The translations under genes and the position numbers were made by a program. Of a stretch of 64,000 nucleotides of DNA, positions 60,855 through 64,000 are shown in pieces. Under the pieces are notes generated by a model. That model was not told the DNA's origin. It searched no databases and saw only the letters and a list, made by a program, of their open reading frames with translations. The first letter of the stretch is position 1. Each line of letters starts with the position of its first letter. Source of the DNA: a virus; the IMG/VR virus record IMGVR_UViG_3300043446_003110. One strand, written 5' to 3'.

Positions 60855-61031
60855 TTAGACAATATTTTCTGCATTTAATGATTGTAAATAATTTTCAACT
60901 ACAATATTGACTTCTTCTTGAGTTGGATAGTGATCAAATTTAAAAAATTGAGTTGAATTTTCATCAACCACTACTCGTACTCTGTATTTGTCAGCAGGAT
61001 CAAGAAAAACTTCAGTAATTTTGTAATTCAT
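60855..61031 (-). CDS. Small hypothetical protein (58 aa), absent from the ORF track
   Basis: AGGTGA RBS; MNYKITEVFLDPADKYRVRVVVDENSTQFFKFDHYPTQEEVNIVVENYLQSLNAENIV; starts 8 nt after the upstream stop. Confidence 0.7.
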   Translation of the reverse strand: MNYKITEVFLDPADKYRVRVVVDENSTQFFKFDHYPTQEEVNIVVENYLQSLNAENIV

Positions 61032-61039
61032 ATTTCACC

Positions 61040-64000
61040 TTATGCTTGTATTATAGTAAGATCATCAATATAGCCTGTATATGTAGTGCCGCCCCAACAT
61101 TCTGCTAATATTTCAACAACACCATCCTCTGTTGGAGTAAAACTTAGTGATACTTGCTCCCATGTATCAGAAGCGGCCGTCATATAACTAATTACGTCGC
61201 TAGATACTCCAGCTATTTGTCCACCCTTCAATCTTAATCTCATAACTAAACCAGAGTTTGTACGCCTCATCCATGCTTTAAAAGTAACAAGACTATTAGC
61301 ACTAACAGCAACTTTACTTATCGGAAATCCTAATGGGTAATTATCTCTTCTATAATCTGTGTTAGGAGCCATACTCCAAGCATATCCACTGTTAGTGCGT
61401 CTAACACTAGTTTGTGGACGTATTAATCCACCATCAGTATATATATACCAATTATTACTTGTATTATCATGATTAGAGCAATATATCCTTCCATCTGCTT
61501 GACCATAAAATCCAAATTCTGTACTTTCATTAATCAAACAATTATTTAAATATATAGTTCCACCAAAGCTATAAAAAGCATTACTAATATTTCCTGAAGT
61601 TGTACAATTATTAAAAGTATCATTAAATGATAAACCTTGTGTTCTATACGCTTCTAATTGATTATTTATAAATTGACAACTATTCCAAGTATTATTAGAT
61701 CCTCCAGCGCTAGCAAGCATACCATATCCACCATTATTATTAAAATAACAACTATTCCAGATATTATTATTATATGTACTTAAGTCTAAACCTCTTAAAT
61801 TATTATTAAGAAAATAACAATTAGTAAATTTATGCATATTAAAACCAAAATCTCCAGCTAATCCTATATAATTATTATTACAAAATACATTTTCAAATTT
61901 ACAAAACATACTTGCTGTTGGTAAATTAAAATGATTAGTTGTTGCTGTAAGATAAAAATCTTTAAAATAACAAAACCAAGAATTTTGAACATATAATCTG
62001 TCATATCTAGTAAATCCTAATTTTTTAAAACTCCATCCAGATCTACTAGATTGTGAAATACCATAACCTAATCCATTAACACCATCGTAAAAAGTTATTC
62101 CACTTTGAGTACTCATATTTGTTCTGTCATAACCGCCTTCAACACTTATATTTGGAGTAAAATGACTAGCCGAGTCATTAATTATATGAACACCATTACC
62201 AGCAGCACTCTGCGGTGGGGTTTTAATAGTTTCTCTTTTATATGTTGTTATGGTTTCAGTAGTTCCATAATATCCTTTTGGAAAGTTTCCTTGAGTAGAT
62301 AAAATGGGTACTGTGGCTAGTCTTCCGTCTATAATAACTCTGGTTCCAACTATACTTTGTATCGGATACCAACTTTCATTCGTAGTATTTTTACCAACGA
62401 GAGATGTTAAACTTAATGAATCGGCACTTGAACTAGATTTACAGGCAATTATATTACTTAAAAGTATTGTTTGAGCGCCAAGGTCACTTGTGGCATATAA
62501 AGCCACGCTTTGTATACTATTACCAAGATTAGATCCTAGGTCTATAGTAAATGGATGCCAACAGTTTAATGTTCCTAGAGCTGGAATATTAAAAGTATTT
62601 ACAGCGGTTGCTCCAGCTGTATCACTACATAATTTTAATTGTAGTTGACCGCTGGTTGCTACTGATCCTGCTGTTTGATGTATGTAAAAGCTTAATTGTT
62701 GATATCCACTTAAATCTTTGGCAGAAAATGATTTATAAGCTACTAATCCTGTAGTAAAAGCAGCACCAATTGATATACTATCGGATACATTTCCCTGTTT
62801 AGTAGTAGCTGATGTTGTAGCAGTATTGTTGGTTGTTGCTGTCCATGCTGTACGCCCTTCTCCAATATTTCCATGACTAGCAATATTTTCAGTCAGAGCC
62901 GATGCTAGCCTAACTACACAATTTGTTGCTTTTCTTGATGTTCCTGCTGCTCCTCCGACACCATTTCCAGTAGAGCCGGTTAATGTAAAAGTTGTAGAAC
63001 CAGTAACAGTAATTTCCCATGTTCCGTTAGCATTGGTATTCGTGGTATGATCGCATATAAATACAGTATCTCCTGTCGAATATCCATGAGCCGACGATGT
63101 GGTTATCGCTATGGGGGTAGCATTAGTTGACGATGCTATAGAAATTGTTGGAAAAGATCCTGTTCCACTCCATGTGGCGTTGCCAATACTAGTTGGGTCT
63201 GGACTAGCTTTAGTCCTAATAATATCTCCACCAACTAATCTAGCAGCAGTTAAACCACTTGTGAATGTTTGTATGCGACCACCAATATAATATTGTCTAG
63301 CACTTGTGTTAGCCAATGCTGTTCCACCGCTCAATGCTGCTATAGTTAAACTAGTACTATTAATTCTAGCTATTATATGATAATAAGCATATATAGTTCC
63401 ATTAAATATGCTTAGTATTTGTCCAGGAGGAGTCTCATAACTGGAAACAGAACTTGCTGCTTCAATTTGAACAGCAGTAAAATATATTCCCTTTGTTGGA
63501 TCACCATCATAATTAACGTTAGCAGCATCTAAGCCACTATAGCTATCTTGTTCCATATAAAATGCAAATAAATCACCGCTTGCCGATGCTGATGAAGTAA
63601 TAGTCATACTTAATCTATACCATCCATTTCCAGCATCACTTATTGCGGCTGATGCGCTGGCTCCTGTTGCCTCAACTGTTCCATTAGATAGATTAAATCG
63701 TGCTGATTTTGCAGTATCATTCGTCCATTGAAAAATAATTTTATTTCTACCATTGCTTTTTATATAAACAGAACAAGTATATTGCGTACTATTTGCTATG
63801 GTAAAATTATAATTAGTTCTGACTGAATGGGTTGTGAGTGATGGATATTCTTGTAGATAATAAATATAAGAACTTAATCCTGTTGGTCCAGTTATATTAT
63901 CATCAACATAATAATCTAAACTTAGTAATCGACATCCATTATAGCTACCATACCCAAACCAAAAATTACTATACCAACAAATATTTTTTAATGGAGCAAT
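61040..64000 (-). CDS. Multidomain spike/fibre protein: CBM-like, FCCH-like and right-handed beta-helix domains (5' partial)
   Basis: Frame is open to the window edge (YTCSVYIK...FNLSNG...GNGWYRLSMT); ITTSSAHGYSTGDTVFI...NGTWEIT; NNxWNSCxFxNN..G repeats; C-terminal TWEQVSLSFTP. Confidence 0.75.
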   Translation of the reverse strand: MAPLKNICWYSNFWFGYGSYNGCRLLSLDYYVDDNITGPTGLSSYIYYLQEYPSLTTHSVRTNYNFTIANSTQYTCSVYIKSNGRNKIIFQWTNDTAKSARFNLSNGTVEATGASASAAISDAGNGWYRLSMTITSSASASGDLFAFYMEQDSYSGLDAANVNYDGDPTKGIYFTAVQIEAASSVSSYETPPGQILSIFNGTIYAYYHIIARINSTSLTIAALSGGTALANTSARQYYIGGRIQTFTSGLTAARLVGGDIIRTKASPDPTSIGNATWSGTGSFPTISIASSTNATPIAITTSSAHGYSTGDTVFICDHTTNTNANGTWEITVTGSTTFTLTGSTGNGVGGAAGTSRKATNCVVRLASALTENIASHGNIGEGRTAWTATTNNTATTSATTKQGNVSDSISIGAAFTTGLVAYKSFSAKDLSGYQQLSFYIHQTAGSVATSGQLQLKLCSDTAGATAVNTFNIPALGTLNCWHPFTIDLGSNLGNSIQSVALYATSDLGAQTILLSNIIACKSSSSADSLSLTSLVGKNTTNESWYPIQSIVGTRVIIDGRLATVPILSTQGNFPKGYYGTTETITTYKRETIKTPPQSAAGNGVHIINDSASHFTPNISVEGGYDRTNMSTQSGITFYDGVNGLGYGISQSSRSGWSFKKLGFTRYDRLYVQNSWFCYFKDFYLTATTNHFNLPTASMFCKFENVFCNNNYIGLAGDFGFNMHKFTNCYFLNNNLRGLDLSTYNNNIWNSCYFNNNGGYGMLASAGGSNNTWNSCQFINNQLEAYRTQGLSFNDTFNNCTTSGNISNAFYSFGGTIYLNNCLINESTEFGFYGQADGRIYCSNHDNTSNNWYIYTDGGLIRPQTSVRRTNSGYAWSMAPNTDYRRDNYPLGFPISKVAVSANSLVTFKAWMRRTNSGLVMRLRLKGGQIAGVSSDVISYMTAASDTWEQVSLSFTPTEDGVVEILAECWGGTTYTGYIDDLTIIQA

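Noticed and set aside
601-63290. Numerous 60-143-aa antisense or nested ORFs in the track
   Set aside because: They lie within long genes and have no RBS or recognisable motifs.
1-64000. Stop-codon reassignment
   Set aside because: Long ORFs tile the window under code 11, and TAA, TAG and TGA all end genes.
45608-64000. Diversity-generating retroelement or invertible fibre cassette
   Set aside because: No reverse transcriptase, invertase, TR/VR pair or long inverted repeats seen in the window.
1-64000. tRNA, rRNA, integrase, terminase, portal or lysis genes
   Set aside because: None recognisable; intergenic gaps are too short for structured RNA genes.

Overview
An AT-rich, densely coding segment of a large tailed dsDNA phage (Caudoviricetes). 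It uses the standard genetic code and is probably non-contractile, since no sheath gene lies next to the tail tube. Two blocks converge on a GC-rich hairpin at 11325-11347. The + strand block (<1-11316) is a translationally coupled run of soluble sugar-modifying genes: three GT4, one GT-A, one GT-D-like, an FkbM methyltransferase, and several nucleotidyltransferase-, methyltransferase- or GT-like proteins with eroded catalytic motifs. It ends with an HTH/Vsr-like nuclease, a Rad52/Sak-like annealing protein, a Zn-ribbon protein and a small secreted protein. The - strand block (>64000-11347) is the morphogenesis region: beta-helix spike, prohead protease/scaffold, decoration protein, major capsid, fibre and Thr-Ser-repeat appendage genes, neck genes, an internally duplicated tail tube, chaperones, a 2134-aa tape measure and very large tail-tip proteins. 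The best candidate for an undescribed system is phage-encoded O-glycosylation of the virion. The enzymes resemble the serine-rich-repeat pathway, and candidate substrates are (TS)n tracts and a Ser-Gly-hydrophobic motif enriched in outward-facing virion proteins. Other notable signals: a PD-(D/E)xK-like cargo domain inside the tape measure, near-total CCWGG avoidance, a GTGTATA late-promoter motif, and a terminator hairpin enclosing a start codon. All assignments come from motif recognition by eye, no database searches were run, and counts are manual.
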